From contig JYFJ02001969.1 in the NCBI GenBank assembly GCA_000934665.2, positions 1 to 64,000 of the forward strand: 64,000 bases of DNA, in the 5' to 3' direction. Each line of letters opens with the position of its first letter. Positions within the stretch are counted from its first letter, which is position 1. Of this stretch, positions 39,639 through 54,200 are shown one piece after another. The DNA is from Catajapyx aquilonaris (Eukaryota). The notes beneath the pieces are model-generated. The model was not told the origin of the DNA and ran no database searches. It worked only from the letters and a program-made list of their open reading frames with translations. The translations under genes and the position numbers were made by a program.

Positions 39639-39766
39639 CGGGAAATGAGAGAACGATCTGACGTCATCACAATTTCCATGGAAATATTTTCACAGAACAA
39701 TATGAGTAAACAGCGTCGACAAAAAGCAACAATGGAGATGACGTCAGATCGTTCTCTTGTTTTCTG
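39639..39766. mobile_element. ~130-bp mini-MITE (copy 1), TA-flanked
   Basis: TIR gagagaacgatctgacgtcatc / gatgacgtcagatcgttctct. A homologous copy lies in inverted orientation at 58077-58210. Confidence 0.75.
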
Positions 39767-41578
39767 TACTTTATATAGCAGTCCACATTCCAATATTAGC
39801 CTGTGTCATAAATGCAAACAATAACTCCCCTGAAACGCTGAAAGCATAATGGTAATACACTATTCTCTTGTAGCTGGCTTGGAAAAAGAGAAATGCCACA
39901 ACTTCATTTTTGATTTTTTCTTCCCAGACTTCAAGTTACAATCAAAATAGAACCTTGGTCCTAATAACGTGTAAACAAAACAATGCAAGAAATTGCAATG
40001 AAAATCTGAAAATGCGAGATATGTTCAAATATATTCAGAAATCAATTCTGAACAAAAGAAGCATAATACGATACTAGCAATATCTTGATATAGATGGTAT
40101 CACATAAATTACATGAACAGGTGCTAAAAAATTATGATAATTCTGCAGTGTAGTAATACAATTGACAGCCTGGAGACATTTGAGAAAAAGAAAAAAAATA
40201 AGAAGACAATTGGTCGTAGTGAATGTCTCGTAGCTACCTGATACAATACATGAAGTCAGTCCTAGTCATTCCCAAACTAACTTTACGACTAGACAGAAAA
40301 TCACAGGCAATCACAAAGCTGTCTTTTTGATCTAATACCTCTTTGACCTGTTTGGGAACCTCTAGTCTGATATGACTCAACTGTTTCAATTTTGGCATCT
40401 GACTTGTGCCCGTTTAAAATTTGGCAACTGGGTAGGAGAAAAAATCTAATGCTCTTCCCTTGTCCTGAAATACGTGAGACTGATATACTCTCAAAATATC
40501 GAAAGCACTGATGGGAAAAATACCTTCGCAACCTTGAGCTCGACCTTCACATAAACTAAAAACCATAACTTGGTTTCTGGTTCAATCGTTGCAGTTACTT
40601 TGATAAGAGTCGTAAGTTTTACAGCATGGACGCTAGTTATTCCTCACCTTCCTACTTATTTTCCCCTTTGCACAACCATTGAGATAAATAAGGATTCAAT
40701 GTAGCAGGCTGAGGGCAAATGAAATATTTTGAAATGGTAAATGCCACGCTATTTCAGTGCATGTTATTGATATACCTCTAGCACAATCTCACTGCAACAA
40801 TTAAATCAGGTATCCAATGCTGACTTTCCACGCATATGTGAACTGTGTCTTACTCTAGGAATGCATAATATCATCACATCACCCCAAAGTTAGAATGGCC
40901 TGTCTCCATTTACAAGATAACATATTTTTTGCATATTAGGAAGCCTAATATTGCGACTACTTTAATCACACTGCAACAGTCCTCCACTCATCTTGCCTTT
41001 ATGTTTATTGGCTGGTACAGCACTGGTGTAACAGGGGTGTAACGTGTAAGCATTGCATTAATTGATTACATATCAGTTCTTGTGCATGCTCTGATTGGAG
41101 GGTGGAAGGCTGTGATGTCATTTCACCATGTCTCATACTACACCAACTGACAGGCTCAATGAGTTTCCAACAATGAGTTTCCAAAAAGGAGCATTCAAAC
41201 TACATTTCAAAAGTTCCCTTTTCTCTCCGTGTAATTGGGGACATATGCCATTCTATATTTGAGCAACAACCTGTGCTTTTGATCGTTTAGACATGATAAT
41301 GGCCTCGTGCATTTCAGAATGCGTGAAGGATAACTAAAGGCAGATAAAATGCCTGATATACATTGTACATGCCTATCACACATGTAATATAACATTGGTA
41401 ATATCCCAAACAATTGTGATCCAGCCCAAGACAAACAGACTGACTCGGAATTCTTAAACTAGGGTATGTCGGGATCACCCTAAAAATTGGAAGAGGTGCT
41501 TTTGTAGAAGGGATGGAGAGGGAATTGAAATCAGTCGCTGTCACTGGTAATGATTGTTAAGGAGGCGCATGAGAGGAG

Positions 41579-44500
41579 TTAGGGTGAGGGGAGGCCAAAC
41601 GACATTTTGGGTAAGAGGGTCAAGGTGCGTTTGGGACTACCCCCACCCCCACCATCTACTATCCCCGAAATTCCAGCAGGCCCACGCTCTCCAAACAACT
41701 TGCGGAATCTGGAACATTAGAAAAGAGTGTGTCACTTCATGGTCAATTCTAATGTAGAAAGATGAAAAGAACAAAACCATTTGGTAACGAGCATGAAGCT
41801 ATTGAACACAAATATGGCAACTGCCTCCTATGTGCCAATGTTTTTTAGCCAATGTTTAAAAAAAATCTCAAGCTCCTATCAATTTTGTCACATAAATAAG
41901 AACACAAAAGCAAATCAAAAAAACTAGGACTATCCCTCCCAAAAGCAGGACTTCCAAGTGATACACAAAGAACAGAACAGGACAAAGATTAGTAGACTAG
42001 TCCTATGGATAAAAATAAAGTTCATACCCCTTCACAGCAGGCCCTGTTCTGTCGAGTTCAGAAGAGTTTGCGAGAAAGTATTGAGATAGCTAAATCTGTG
42101 GGGGGAAAAAAGAAGGTGGACACAGAAAGAACAGATAACCTTCCGTATAGCCGTACCTTCTCTGCAGTTGAATTGGAAATGCAGAAAAATAAACTACCAC
42201 ATGCAAAATAATAACTACCACCAGTGAAAGTCTAGGCAAGTTAGGCACTTTTCAATCTTACAGCTACAGAGGACAGTAACTTACAGCTTCCTGATCCCAG
42301 ATTCAGATCGCTTCCACGGAGCATCTTCTGGCTCCAGAGGCAAAGGTCCTTGTACAGCAGGCTCCTCTTCTTCATCCACACTTGACCTGCTGCCACAAAA
42401 TAGCAAGATTAATAACTCTGTAAACATGACTTCAACAGAGTTGAAGGATAAAGAGGCAGAGCAACATGTCCACTAAAAATCAAGGAAAAGTGTTATTTTA
42501 TTAACAGCCTCCTTAACCCCGCCAACGTCTCTTTTCCAAACTAACTTAGTAACATCTAGTAACATTCCGTTGCTCATTGCTTATGTTACTGCAGCGACTT
42601 CACCTTCGTTTCCTACCATTTTAAGTGTGCAATGAGAAAGTTGAAATGATACGTAATCAACCATAACTATTCCAATTTAAAAATTACACTGCTAAATGTC
42701 CAGTACCGTAGTTATTTTGATCACTGGTATGTATAAGAATCACATGCGGTGAAACCTGCTGATAGCAGACTCTGTGCACAGTAGAAACTTGCCCACTTGG
42801 ACAAATGATGTAGTCTTGGCTGTATGACTAAAATGTAATTACACTTGAATTGGAACAAGTAAATGTGTCACACATGAAAAAGTAAACACTGTCAATCAGA
42901 AACAAACACCCTGATGTTATAGGAATTAATATTAGTATAACTTACTTGAGTTACTCCTAAAAACCACTTGTTATATCTCAATGTTTTCATTGGTTAGATT
43001 ACGATAAGGCGACTTCCCAGACAGCATGCAAATCTTTCATTTACTATCAAGGACCAACGTCAGTCAATCTGTCACAACTCATCAGCTCAGATGAAGACTC
43101 CAGCAAGGCCTATCTCCAGTGATAATAAAATAAGCAGTTTGATTCTTGTTTTTGATTCTGGCTATGATTAGTAGCTTTTCCTTGATATTTGAGAACTCAT
43201 GTATAGTTCAAACTCGTAATCTATCCTTTAAAAAATTAAGCAGCAACCAAAAATTAAGAAGCAAAAAATAATAATTCTTACAATGAGAGGGATGACAGTC
43301 GATTCAGGACAGGCCTCCACAGTACTGACTTCTCAGTCGTTTCTTTAGGAGCAGGCCTGTGGATGGGCCTGGAAGCAGCTCTTTGGGCAATGGGTGCAGC
43401 CCTGGGATAACTAGCCCTACGACCAGCATGCAACCTGAGATTTCTGAGGCAAAGCAGCAGCAGGCATTGGGTGAGTTAAATAATCAAAATAGCACATATT
43501 GCCAAGATAAAAAATAGCAAAAGATTTTTGAAAACTTTCATGCTGAAAATCTCCCACGCATGAACACTGACCCTTGCGTGGTGCGAGGTCTGTAGAGGTC
43601 GAGTTCATCCTCAAGGTCACTGACTCTTGCTTTCAGCTCGTTACGCTCATGTAAAATATCCTTGAGTTCAGAAGTGGTAAATCGGGGTCGGTTGGGGTCA
43701 TCCACATCATATACCACCTTGTTCTTCAAATCAGGACTCTCAGTCTGTAGGGCAAAATATGTTCTGTTGTAATGTCTTCCAGTAGAAATGCATTTAAAAT
43801 GATGTAGCTTTTTGGGCAGCCATGGGATACTGCTTGAAAGATGTTATATACTACAGCCAAACGGCAGGATAATCAAATATTTTTTTACACCAGTATAAAA
43901 CACAAACTGGTCAGAATCATGCATATTGCTAGCTACAATATAATGCTATTAACTCATATTATCACCAACATGACCATAAATGATAGACTGATGTCACTGG
44001 TTACGTTGTAATATGACTACTATAATGAGATGAAGGGTGCTATGAAAATGCAATGATTCATATTATAATGACAACTTTCTGAAATATTTTCTGTAAAATA
44101 CCAATACGATGATGGTGATATAATAAGTGTGGAACATGTCTGCATAGCATGATTAAGTACCATGCTGTAGTAAGTGGTGCCCAAAAGCTAAAACATGATT
44201 AGTGAGAAGCAATGTCACATACGTGCGAATGTGCCTGTTCCCTGACCTTTCCTCTCATTAAGTCCTCATTCTCCTTCTGAGCGACACTGAGATGCTGTCG
44301 AATGTGAACCAATTCCCTCTGGTGGTCCTGGAGGGAGGCTTGCAGGTCTGCTCTCTCATCCACCATGCTTCTTACCTGAGTTTGGGCCTGCTTATGCTTC
44401 CGCCTCAGCTCTTTGTTCACCATGGTAAGACGTTCCACCTGAGACTGCACCTGCACAATAACTTGCAAAGTTATATTCAGCTTCCATTTGCATACCGGTT

Positions 44501-46501
44501 GTTAACTTACATTGTCAAACTCAGACGCTTTTGCAGATAATTCCCTCTCTACATGACGAAGCTGTTCTCTCTGCTTGGCAACTGTCCCTTTCAATCGCTG
44601 GACCAGTGCAACGTCCACTTCAGATGTGGGGCTCATTTCTATGAGTTATTAAGTAGAATAATGGTATTAAAATACACAGCATTTCAAAACTGATAATTTA
44701 TAAATGGTTCTTAACTCGATGTTATGTGTATGTGGACCCTAAAATAAATCTTCTCACTGACTGAGAGAAGGTTAAATTGATCATTTATGTCTGGGATATT
44801 AATTAACTTCGCCTCATTTCCATACATACTAGTACATACTCTGCGTAATAAGTGCTAGATCTATTTCTGAAATATGTGAGCCTTTCAGCAACAAAAACAC
44901 TTCCACATCCAATTTCAAGCAGTACTCATTATTTCCTGAACGGCCCATTTGAGGAATGCTCAAATAAAAATGAGCTCTGTACATACATAATTGCATGAGA
45001 ACTGAAAAGTTACGATCCATTAGTTATATGCTGGACTTCTAATAATGAATATTGTGTGAACCATTGTCATGGATTGGAGGAGTTCCAAGTGGGACATTTT
45101 CAAAAATCAGCCTCAATTCTCACAAGTCTTTCTTACACTCCGCATACTTGTCTAGGTGTTGCCCAACCAGGAAGAAACTATGTAGGTGACCTGCTTGTAA
45201 AATTAACTGCCCATTGTGAAGCATCGACAAAGTTTAAGAGGAATCGGAATCCATTCCAATGAGTGCAGTTGTCTATTGTTTCCCTCCATTGTGCAGAGGT
45301 TGATCAATCTGGATGCTTCCCATGTGGGATTCCAGACCAGAATGATGACAATGGAGGGGACCAACCTCTACAGGAAGAATGTTTGTCTCAGGAAAATAAA
45401 GCTGCCTGACAAAACCACCTTCCTGTCAGCCTAATCAAAGACATAGTATCTTTATAACCTCATTGCTCACTTGCTATGGTTCACAAGTTAATTACACCCT
45501 CATTGAAGTGTATTCCACAGAAAAGATTGGGAATTTGAAAATTAAATGCACTGTTACATTGATAATGTTCCTAAATATAGGCCTTCAAGCTTCACTTCCA
45601 GATGATGCCAAAAAATGCTTGCTTCAGACTGTTCCTAGTGGTAATTGTTTTACTGTTGTTTCAGGAACTGAATTTTTAAATGCTTCCCTCTGATGGCGGT
45701 TGGCAATGAAGTGACGAATAAACTATTGAGGGAATTGGAGAAATCATGATCTGGTGATATCATTTCATTACACATTTAAAAAATCATTTCTGGTTATAAC
45801 ATCTTTCACAGCCTCTTGCCGTAACATGAGGGACAAAGATACGGTAAATATAGATTCTCCACTATGTCTTGACTTCCAGGCATGTTTACTTACTACATCG
45901 AACTTCCTAGAATTGAACAATGACTACAGTAACTGGTTCACTTTCCCAGAATCTTATCTGATGAAGAAAAATTATGTGGTCCCAGCACCAAGAGATGATT
46001 TCCCCCATATGTTAGTAAGACATTACAGTACCCTCTGTATAGTGGAATTACTACTGCAATGAGGCTGTCTCACAAATTCTCCAATATGGGAGTGGAGCAA
46101 AAAAAAAATTCACTTCCACTGTGTTTCTCATCTGAAAAATGCACTTTGCTCATTCCTCAAGCACAATACTAGTCGCGGTAGCAGTGCTCTTCCCCATATA
46201 GTACAGCACTTCATGTCTTTGTTGACCATCTTACCTACATAATTACCCTGCTATTATCCACTTCCTGTTATATTTTACAGAATGTGATACAAAGATTGTA
46301 CTGTAAATTGCCAAAACCATGGAACATGTGTTGTAAGACGATCAGAAAGAAACAGGCAGTGATACTTTTCGATGAATAATCCCTTGATCACTTCAGTTCC
46401 CAATTACCTCGTTTTAAAGAACAATGTTTTCCACAATGGACATCATAACCATTGAATCAAAAAACAGGTCGAAAGATATTTGAACCCATGATGAGAAACC
46501 C

Positions 46502-46532
<31 letters not shown>

Positions 46533-48761
46533 TTTTTTATTATTATTATTTTTTTAAAGCATGAAAGCCTGTTTGATATTTTGTTTTCCAAAATTCACAA
46601 AACCTTAGAAGAAACCTGCAGTGCACTTTAACAACACCATGAGAAGTCTTACCATTGAATGATCCTTCCTTCTCTTTCAATGAGGAGGATAGCTTGCGAT
46701 TCTCGTCCTGGAGGCGTGAAACCACAGACACCAGATCCTCAGATTCTTTCCGCCAGTGGTCCTCAATTTGTTCCAGTTCCTAATTGCAGCACAACTTGGC
46801 ATTAGGACTAGGAGCGTAATGCTGTTTCATTATTACTGTACATTTTAATCAATACAAATTAGCAGTGTATTAGTCACAGCATATATTATAGTCACATTAT
46901 ATAGTCATTACATATTATATATTATTACATATTATTATATAGTCATTACATATTATAGTCACATTATATAGTCACAGCATATATTATCTACAAAATTTCA
47001 CAATCTGTTGACATATGTTGGTTACTGATCTCTGGTGACACCATCATGCAATCTTATCTGGGTGCACTGGCTATCATAGCACTGTTTTCAATCAGACCAT
47101 ATCATATCACCTCTTCAGCAATTTTGGCATCAGTGTTTTAAAAGCTAATTCAGCAAATTCCTTGACATTCAGTCCTGGCATTTCAGAAAATGTCAAGCTT
47201 GACGTCAAGCAGCAAGACAGATGCCATGTTCAAGTACAATCATCTCGATAGTCATCACCTAGAGCTAGCACACGCTTGACGGCCTATCTCCAAATTAACT
47301 ATGTTGTGGCATGAAAACCACCTTTCTAACATGTTGGCTATACATAGAACTTGATGCTCTCAACTCCCTCAAGAATAAAATGAATGCACCCCATTGCCAC
47401 CATTTCTGGGAAGGTAGCACCTGCATCACTAGCAAACATCTACTAGTTTCATGCACTCTAGCCACATCTAGTCATGGTGACCCTAATCAATAAACTGCAC
47501 CTTGAAAGAGAATATGTACTGTGCTGTTCATTATGAACCCTAGTCTGGACGCAGGAGGCATTATGACAATGTAATTACTTATTGTTTAATGCAGTCATCT
47601 ATGTATGAATATTACTCCAGGCAATGGGAAAATGTCCCATATGGAATCAAGTACCCAGGGAGTATTATTCCGTCTCATTCACTGTGCAAACGCAATGAAA
47701 CAAGTCATAATGGCAATGTAAAAGGACCCGTGTATTGTGTGTGCCAACTGCAGCCAAAAATAATTAAAAATCTGCAAAACTGCACCACTGGTGCTGTGAA
47801 CTTTCTGGCATGTAAACACTGCATTTTCAGTGAAATGATCTGAAAGGAAAAAAGTCTTCCAGCGCAATACCTTAGACAAAAGGTATTGTCTAAGCGCAAT
47901 ACTATACACCATGCTATCCACAATACAATTCTAATAACATTCAGAACTTGTTCTCATCAGTGTATCTGGCAAGATATAGTGCCCCCAGTCTGGACCTCAA
48001 ATGTAATTTACTCATCACCCATCAGTTAACTTGTTGTTTACATCTAATATTGTGGATATGTTCCCATGTCCTGTATGTCCGTTATTTCAGGTGTCCCTGA
48101 ACGGCCCATATAATTATTCTTCACTGGCTTCCCTCGATCCGCAATGTTACATGCTAAGTCAGTTGCACATGAATAGTTTTGCAACACTGCCCATTATTTG
48201 ACAGCACCGATACCACCGATACCCATGTGCGGACCCGATAATGGTAGCCTGCCAGATGGATTATAAACAGTGGTGCATAGGAGTGGAAAGGACGGTGAGT
48301 CACCCCCTCCTGATGGAAACAACCCCCGTCTCATGCATGCATGCACGCGTGCCGCCTTATTCCCCCTCCGTCCGCCGCTCGACCATGCACGTGATTAAAT
48401 TGACAATATTTCGATGTAGTACCGTCTCGAATCTCTGCCTCTCCTGCGCCTTCTCCTGCTTCTCATGCTCCAGCTGGTGCACGGCCGCCCTGAGCTCCTG
48501 CATGGCCGTGTCCTCCCTCTCGTTCTTGGTGGCCAGCCTCTCCAGCTGCTCCAGCACGTTGATCACTTTCGGCATGAGGCCAGTCACCGACTCCGGACCG
48601 AAAGAGTCGATCAGCCTCTCGAAATCCTTCCCGATCTCCCCTGCCCAGTCGTACACGTCCACCACCGTGGGCTCCCGGTCCTGCTGCTGCTGCCCCGGGG
48701 CGTGGTGCCCATCGCCTTCGTCCTGCATCAGCATCCTGCTCCGACGCCCCACCAGCGGCAT
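41579..48761 (-). CDS. Rilpl: RILP-like protein homolog (RH1 and RH2 domains)
   Basis: Exons 48761 (or 48734/48728)-48423, 46779-46653, 44638-44511, 44450-44247, 43744-43572, 42386-42285, 41708-41579. RH1 TVVDVYDWAGEIGKDFERLIDSFGPESVTGLMPKVINVLE, RH2 DPNRPRFTTSELKDILHERNELK, C-terminal VQGPLPLEPEDAPWK...GIRKLFRKLF. Confidence 0.92.
46503..46532. repeat. (CAT)n microsatellite
   Basis: About 10 CAT units in a Rilpl intron. Confidence 0.9.
46870..46987. repeat. AT-rich degenerate tandem repeat (tagtcacattatata-like units)
   Basis: Repeated tagtca / cattatata units in a Rilpl intron. Confidence 0.75.
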
Positions 48762-51257
48762 ATGACTGGACCTGGCTTAGCACGCACGCACGCACGCCAC
48801 ACTTGCTCCACCGCTGATCTTGTCTGTCTGGCACCGTATCGTCTGCTGGCTGCTGCACCCGTCTGCTTCCTTCCTTGCTCAGGATGCCGCTGCCTGCTGC
48901 TGCGTCCGCTGCTGTTGACGCTCAAGGCCGGCAAGAGGCGCTGACGTGATCATGTGACGTATGACGCACTTTACGATGGAGGCGGACATCTTGGAGCTCC
49001 CTGGTTGCTCATTGGACAAGAGTCCACATATGGCGGCCAATACCACATGATTTACGTCATTCAACTATACAGTACCGTCCTGCTAACTGTCGGATAACAA
49101 CTGGAATGCAAATTCATAATTAAAAAAAGCATGTGGATTAATTTTTGTGCAACTTTTTATTAAGTTTCTTCTGCACATCTTGCACACGTTCTTTATTATG
49201 CCCTTCAGCAACCACATAGAAAGATGGACAAAAAGGCAACTCCCAAAAGCCACATGATAAACACCGATCTGTAATTCTAATCCCCAAGACACCTGTTTTA
49301 CTTTTATGTTGACACTTTCACACAAAAATTTGTTTTCAAGTTTACCTGGTTTTGTGGTTGCTTAGGTCATCTGAACTCCAATACATTTTGTTAACCACTT
49401 TGCCTCGCATTGAAATCGCTTTTTTTGGGGGGTTTAAACTATGTCTAGGTAGTGTATAAGGCCAACTACTGCCCATCAATAGTAAATAGTTGGCTCACTG
49501 CTTGTCTTTTGCAACATTCATGATTTTTTTTTTTTCGCTTCATATTTTTCTTACAGTGTGCCCGTTCAGTATGATCGTTCAGTGGAGACAGTTTGGGGCG
49601 CTTACACATTTCTCCAAGTACGTATTTGTAAATGGCTGACATGTCCATATGCAAGTGTTCACATGATGGCTTCTGATAATGGGTTCCACACTTGTAACGT
49701 GTGCCTATGCTTTAGTACCTTTTTTTTTTTTATGCGGCAGAGATGTAACCTGCCAGCAAAAACTTCCTGTTGCACTGGTACTGTCCCTTCCTTGAAAGAC
49801 TGCCAGCCGCAAATCACAAACTTATATTTTAATTATTGTTTCCCATCCCTTCCCCCCTTTTTTCTCTTATTGACATGGAACCCCCCAACCCAGCCCACCC
49901 CTCCCCAAAAATTAAACACTGATGTCCCAATCAGCCCTCTCACCATAATTCACTCTTCTCACGCACACGCACAAAAAAAAAAAGGTCCAACCCAGTCCTG
50001 ATTGGAATCAAATGTCTTCTTTGAACGGTAGCACTAGTGACCTGACTCAAAAAGGTCACCTTGTCCACCAATCAACACAAAAAAAAAAACAAGTACCCTC
50101 CCTCTTTTCCTTGATATTGTCCTGTCTCACTGACCCTAGCGCACAAGATTTGCACATAGTCAAAAGGAAGGAGGGAGGGAAAAAGAAGTGACCAGTCTGG
50201 AACGTGCTTGGAATGCAATGTCACTAATCCCACCAAAAAATTCCCAAGCACAGGGGGGACATGGAGGAAAAACTGTTCTTTTTGTAAAGGACAGATTGGT
50301 TCCGAGGGGGGAAAAGTCTTCACACGCTGATATGACTTCGAAGAACGCATGTCTCTCATGCACTCGGATCCATTAAGGCCAAAAAATTTCTCCCCCTTTA
50401 TGTCTTGATTCGGCACCACAACTCACAAGAGAGTGTACTTATGTGTCCAAAGCTACACTTGCTCAAAAGATATCATTGAAAGTGTTCACCTATAAAATCA
50501 TTTTACAGAAACTCCCTATGCCACATATGGTCACGTTGAAATAAAATTGGTTTCAATGTTCTTTTATTCTGGATGCCACATTTTGCCACTTAAAGAGTGA
50601 CCTAGGGCACACTCATTTTAAAATATTACAGATTCAACAACTACTGGGGCTTTCGTTCATTGCAGTCCCATAACAAGTACAACAAAAACAGAGTTACTTT
50701 GCAAAATGAAGAAAGATTTTGTCTGCAATGGTAAATCCATGCATTGACAAAATCTCATGATTAACACTGGTTCCATGTCCGCGAAAAATTGATTGATGGG
50801 AGGTAACATATTTGCATGAATTATTCTGATCAATGACATCTTTCCTGGGGTAAGCTCTAGACACATGAATAACCTCTCTTGCCAGTCATCTCCATGCAAT
50901 GTTGAAAAACTCTTGAACACAAAGCAAGCCACTCTTCATCACCAAAAATAAGCTGGTTTCTTGTAATGATTAAAATGGGGGAATTCTCACTTCTTAAAAA
51001 AAAAAAAGCACAATCACAATGTCCTCGACTCAAAAAGCCAACAACTCCGTCCTGCAGGGTATAACAAAACATTGTCCTTCCACTTCCAGGCTTTGTATGC
51101 TCCAGCATACAGTTCTGAAATGGCACTGCCCAATACCATCCACGGCTCCGCACCTATATATCCATACGTACACTAGCTTCTTATCACTTGGCCCACTCTT
51201 GACAGTCACTTCATCTTTGTCAGTTCCACGTTTAAAAAGGAAGTCCTGTGAAGAGGC

Positions 51258-54200
51258 TCAGTCTCCATTGTAGTATTGAACTTTTGGGTTGTTCACTGCT
51301 TCTCTCGTAGCATAGTCCCAGGCTGCAGAGAAAATTGCACAGAATTAGTGATTGCAGCATTTTAAAATTGCAAATAAATTTACCAGTTAGATTTGCAAGA
51401 TATTTAGGACTGAATCTTCGACATATCGCACAAACCTGCGGGTGTGGAAGGTTTAGTAACTCCCCGTTTGCGCGCCCCTCCCGCAGGTTTGCGCGATACG
51501 TCGAAGATTCAGCCCTTAGAGGCAATAGTAAGGGCAATTGGATAGGTACCATGTATTTTTCACTAAATTTGAGCAGGGTCATCAAAAAAATACCCAACAG
51601 CAATTTATGACAAACAAGGGGTGAAAATGCAAACAATGTAAACATCTCAGGTTGTATCTACCAACCTGGGAGAGGAATCATTTTTAAAAATGGGTTCTAG
51701 TTCTAGGAACTCCCACAGAAGTCGTAGAAATAGAATTGCCTTTAGTGTAATGAAACAAGATTAAGCAGACAAGCAAGTGGCATTCCACTGAAATACTCGT
51801 ACATAACAATGTTAAAATGATATTTCTCCAAATTATAAAGCGCTGCATTTGCAGAAACCTTACCTTGACCAACAAATTCCACGATCCTGTCGTAATTGAA
51901 CATCTTGATGTCAAGTTCAGGGGCAGGCTTGAACATGGCTGCAAAGTCCCTGCCACTGGCCACCCCGCCGGCAGTGACTTCACCCCCCACGGTTCCCTCC
52001 TCTTCCTCCTCCACCTCTTCTTCCTCCTCCTCACCACCATCTCCCATCTCTTCTGCTTCCTCTTCCCCCCCATGACTGCCACCAGCACTGGAGTCCATCT
52101 CCTCAGTATTTGGGGACACCTCTGTACCTCTGTCCTCAGCACTCTCACCAAACTTGGGCAATTCAACATCTGGCCTTCCTGATGTGGCTGCCTTTTCCCA
52201 CATGTCGACCAGCTGCTGGTTAACTTCGAAACCAAATGTAAACTCCCCTAACCCAGCAGATGGGGCCAAGTCTGACCCGTATGTGGTTGATGTGGGTTGG
52301 TCCATGATCACCACAGGTGGCACAGTGGCTGATCTGGACATGCCACCTGCTGGACGCCTCCTTGCACGCCCTGTATTACCACTGGGGGGGAGCACTGGGA
52401 CCACAATTGCTGAGGGAGGTGGCAGCTCAGGGGCAGTCTTGCTGTGGGTCAGTTCTGGCTTTGGCTTTGGAGCCATAACTGTGGGTGGGCATGGGGTGGG
52501 ATCAGGATTAACACTGGGGCTGCTTGGCTCTGCTGGCTCAGATGGCTCAACATGGGCTAGGGCAGGGGTAGGGGCTGGGGCTGGGAGAGGGGCTGGGAGA
52601 GGGGCTAAGACAAGAGGCAGGATGGGGACTAGGACAGATGTTGGGGGTGGGACAGTGGCTAGGACAGGAGACAGGACAGAAGCTAAAACAGGAGGAGGAG
52701 CAGGAGCTGGATCTGGGGCTGGGACAGGAGCTGGGGCCGAAGCAGGAATAGGCTCAGTCTGTATAGTGACAACCTGACTAGTAGGAGCAATAACATCAAT
52801 GCTGCTAGTAGCAGCATTAGGTGGTGATGGGAGACAGGTCTCATCCACCTGTGTGCCTGACTCAGACACAGACTCACCATCACTGGAAACTGCTTTTGGT
52901 GCACTGCCACCTTGGAAGCTCTCAGCCAGTGATGGGTAATAGTCTTCCAGTATGTTCACTTCCTTGGGGGACGTCGGTGCTGACTGGGTTACTAGGGGTG
53001 CAGCGGCGGGAGCAGCAACACTGTCAGCTTCCACAGCTCCAACACTACCACGATGGGCAACATCAACACTAGTTGATGTTGTGGCATCACGCCTCACCGC
53101 ATTGCTGCCACCAGTCTGGATAGACACTGATACTCCCTTTGCAGCATCTAGCTTTGGCCCATTTGGAGGAGGAGGTGGTGGGTTGGCAGGCTTAACCTTC
53201 CCAGAAGCAGATGCCATCTTGGCAATGTCAGCATATGATGTTTGTGGTGTGGACCCACTTGAAGTGGATGTCTTGTCAATGGTAAGTTTGGGTGTGGAGG
53301 ATGATACTGGCAGTGAATGGACACTATCGACATCACTGCTTTCAGAGTGGTCAGATGGTGGCACACTTGACGTTGACTTACGCTGCCGCCCCATGGATGG
53401 CAAACAATCCAGCATCATGACTGAATGGGACCCTTCTTCATCCTCCTCCTTCTTCCCTCCATTATGGTGGCCAGCATTGTAACGGTTGTACCGGTGGTGA
53501 TGCCTCATGCGTGATGGTGGATCATCCCGCTTCTTTCGCCGACATCGCTTAGCAACCACATGAAAGTCTGTTTCCTCTGTTGCACGAGCTGTGGTAGACA
53601 CAGCTTGTGCCTGGATGAGGTCGTCCAGATCATCATCCAGGTCATCATGATGATTACTCTCAGACGCCTCCAGTTCATCCAGATCAACACTACGGGTGGC
53701 CCGACTGTATCTTCCAGAAGGGGGAACATCCATACGCTTAGTTGAGTCTGATTCCGGTTTGCGTGGCGACAGCTCCTCCATGCTACTGGCCTTCTTGAGC
53801 TTCACGTGTTTGCCCTTATGGTGTCGGCCCATCCAGTTCTGCTGCTGCTCATCCTCCTCCTCCTCCTCGTCACTCTTTTCCTTGCTCTTGCTCCGCTCCT
53901 TGTCCTTCTTCAGGGCCCCTGACCTGCGACTGGCCACACCTGAACTTCCACTGACTCGACTGCTAGCCCCTCCCACAGCACCTCCCACACTTCCACTAGC
54001 TCCACTCATTCCGCCGGTGCCTGCTCCACCTCTGTCCACCACTCCACCACCGGCAGCCTTGGGCTGCTGCTTTACCCCTGGGTCCTCCTCGTCCAAGTAC
54101 TTCAGGATTACGTTCAGATCGCTGTTACCAATGTAGCCAGCCACATTCTCTGACAAAATGACGTTCTTCTCGTTGTTGGTCTGTAAGTCAACAGAGAAAT

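Noticed and set aside
45050..45434. Nested plus-strand mini-gene in a Rilpl intron
   Set aside because: Candidate splice sites did not give a convincing phase-consistent ORF.
52154..54136. Plus-strand ORFs of 146-207 aa
   Set aside because: Antisense shadows of the low-complexity coding exon on the minus strand.
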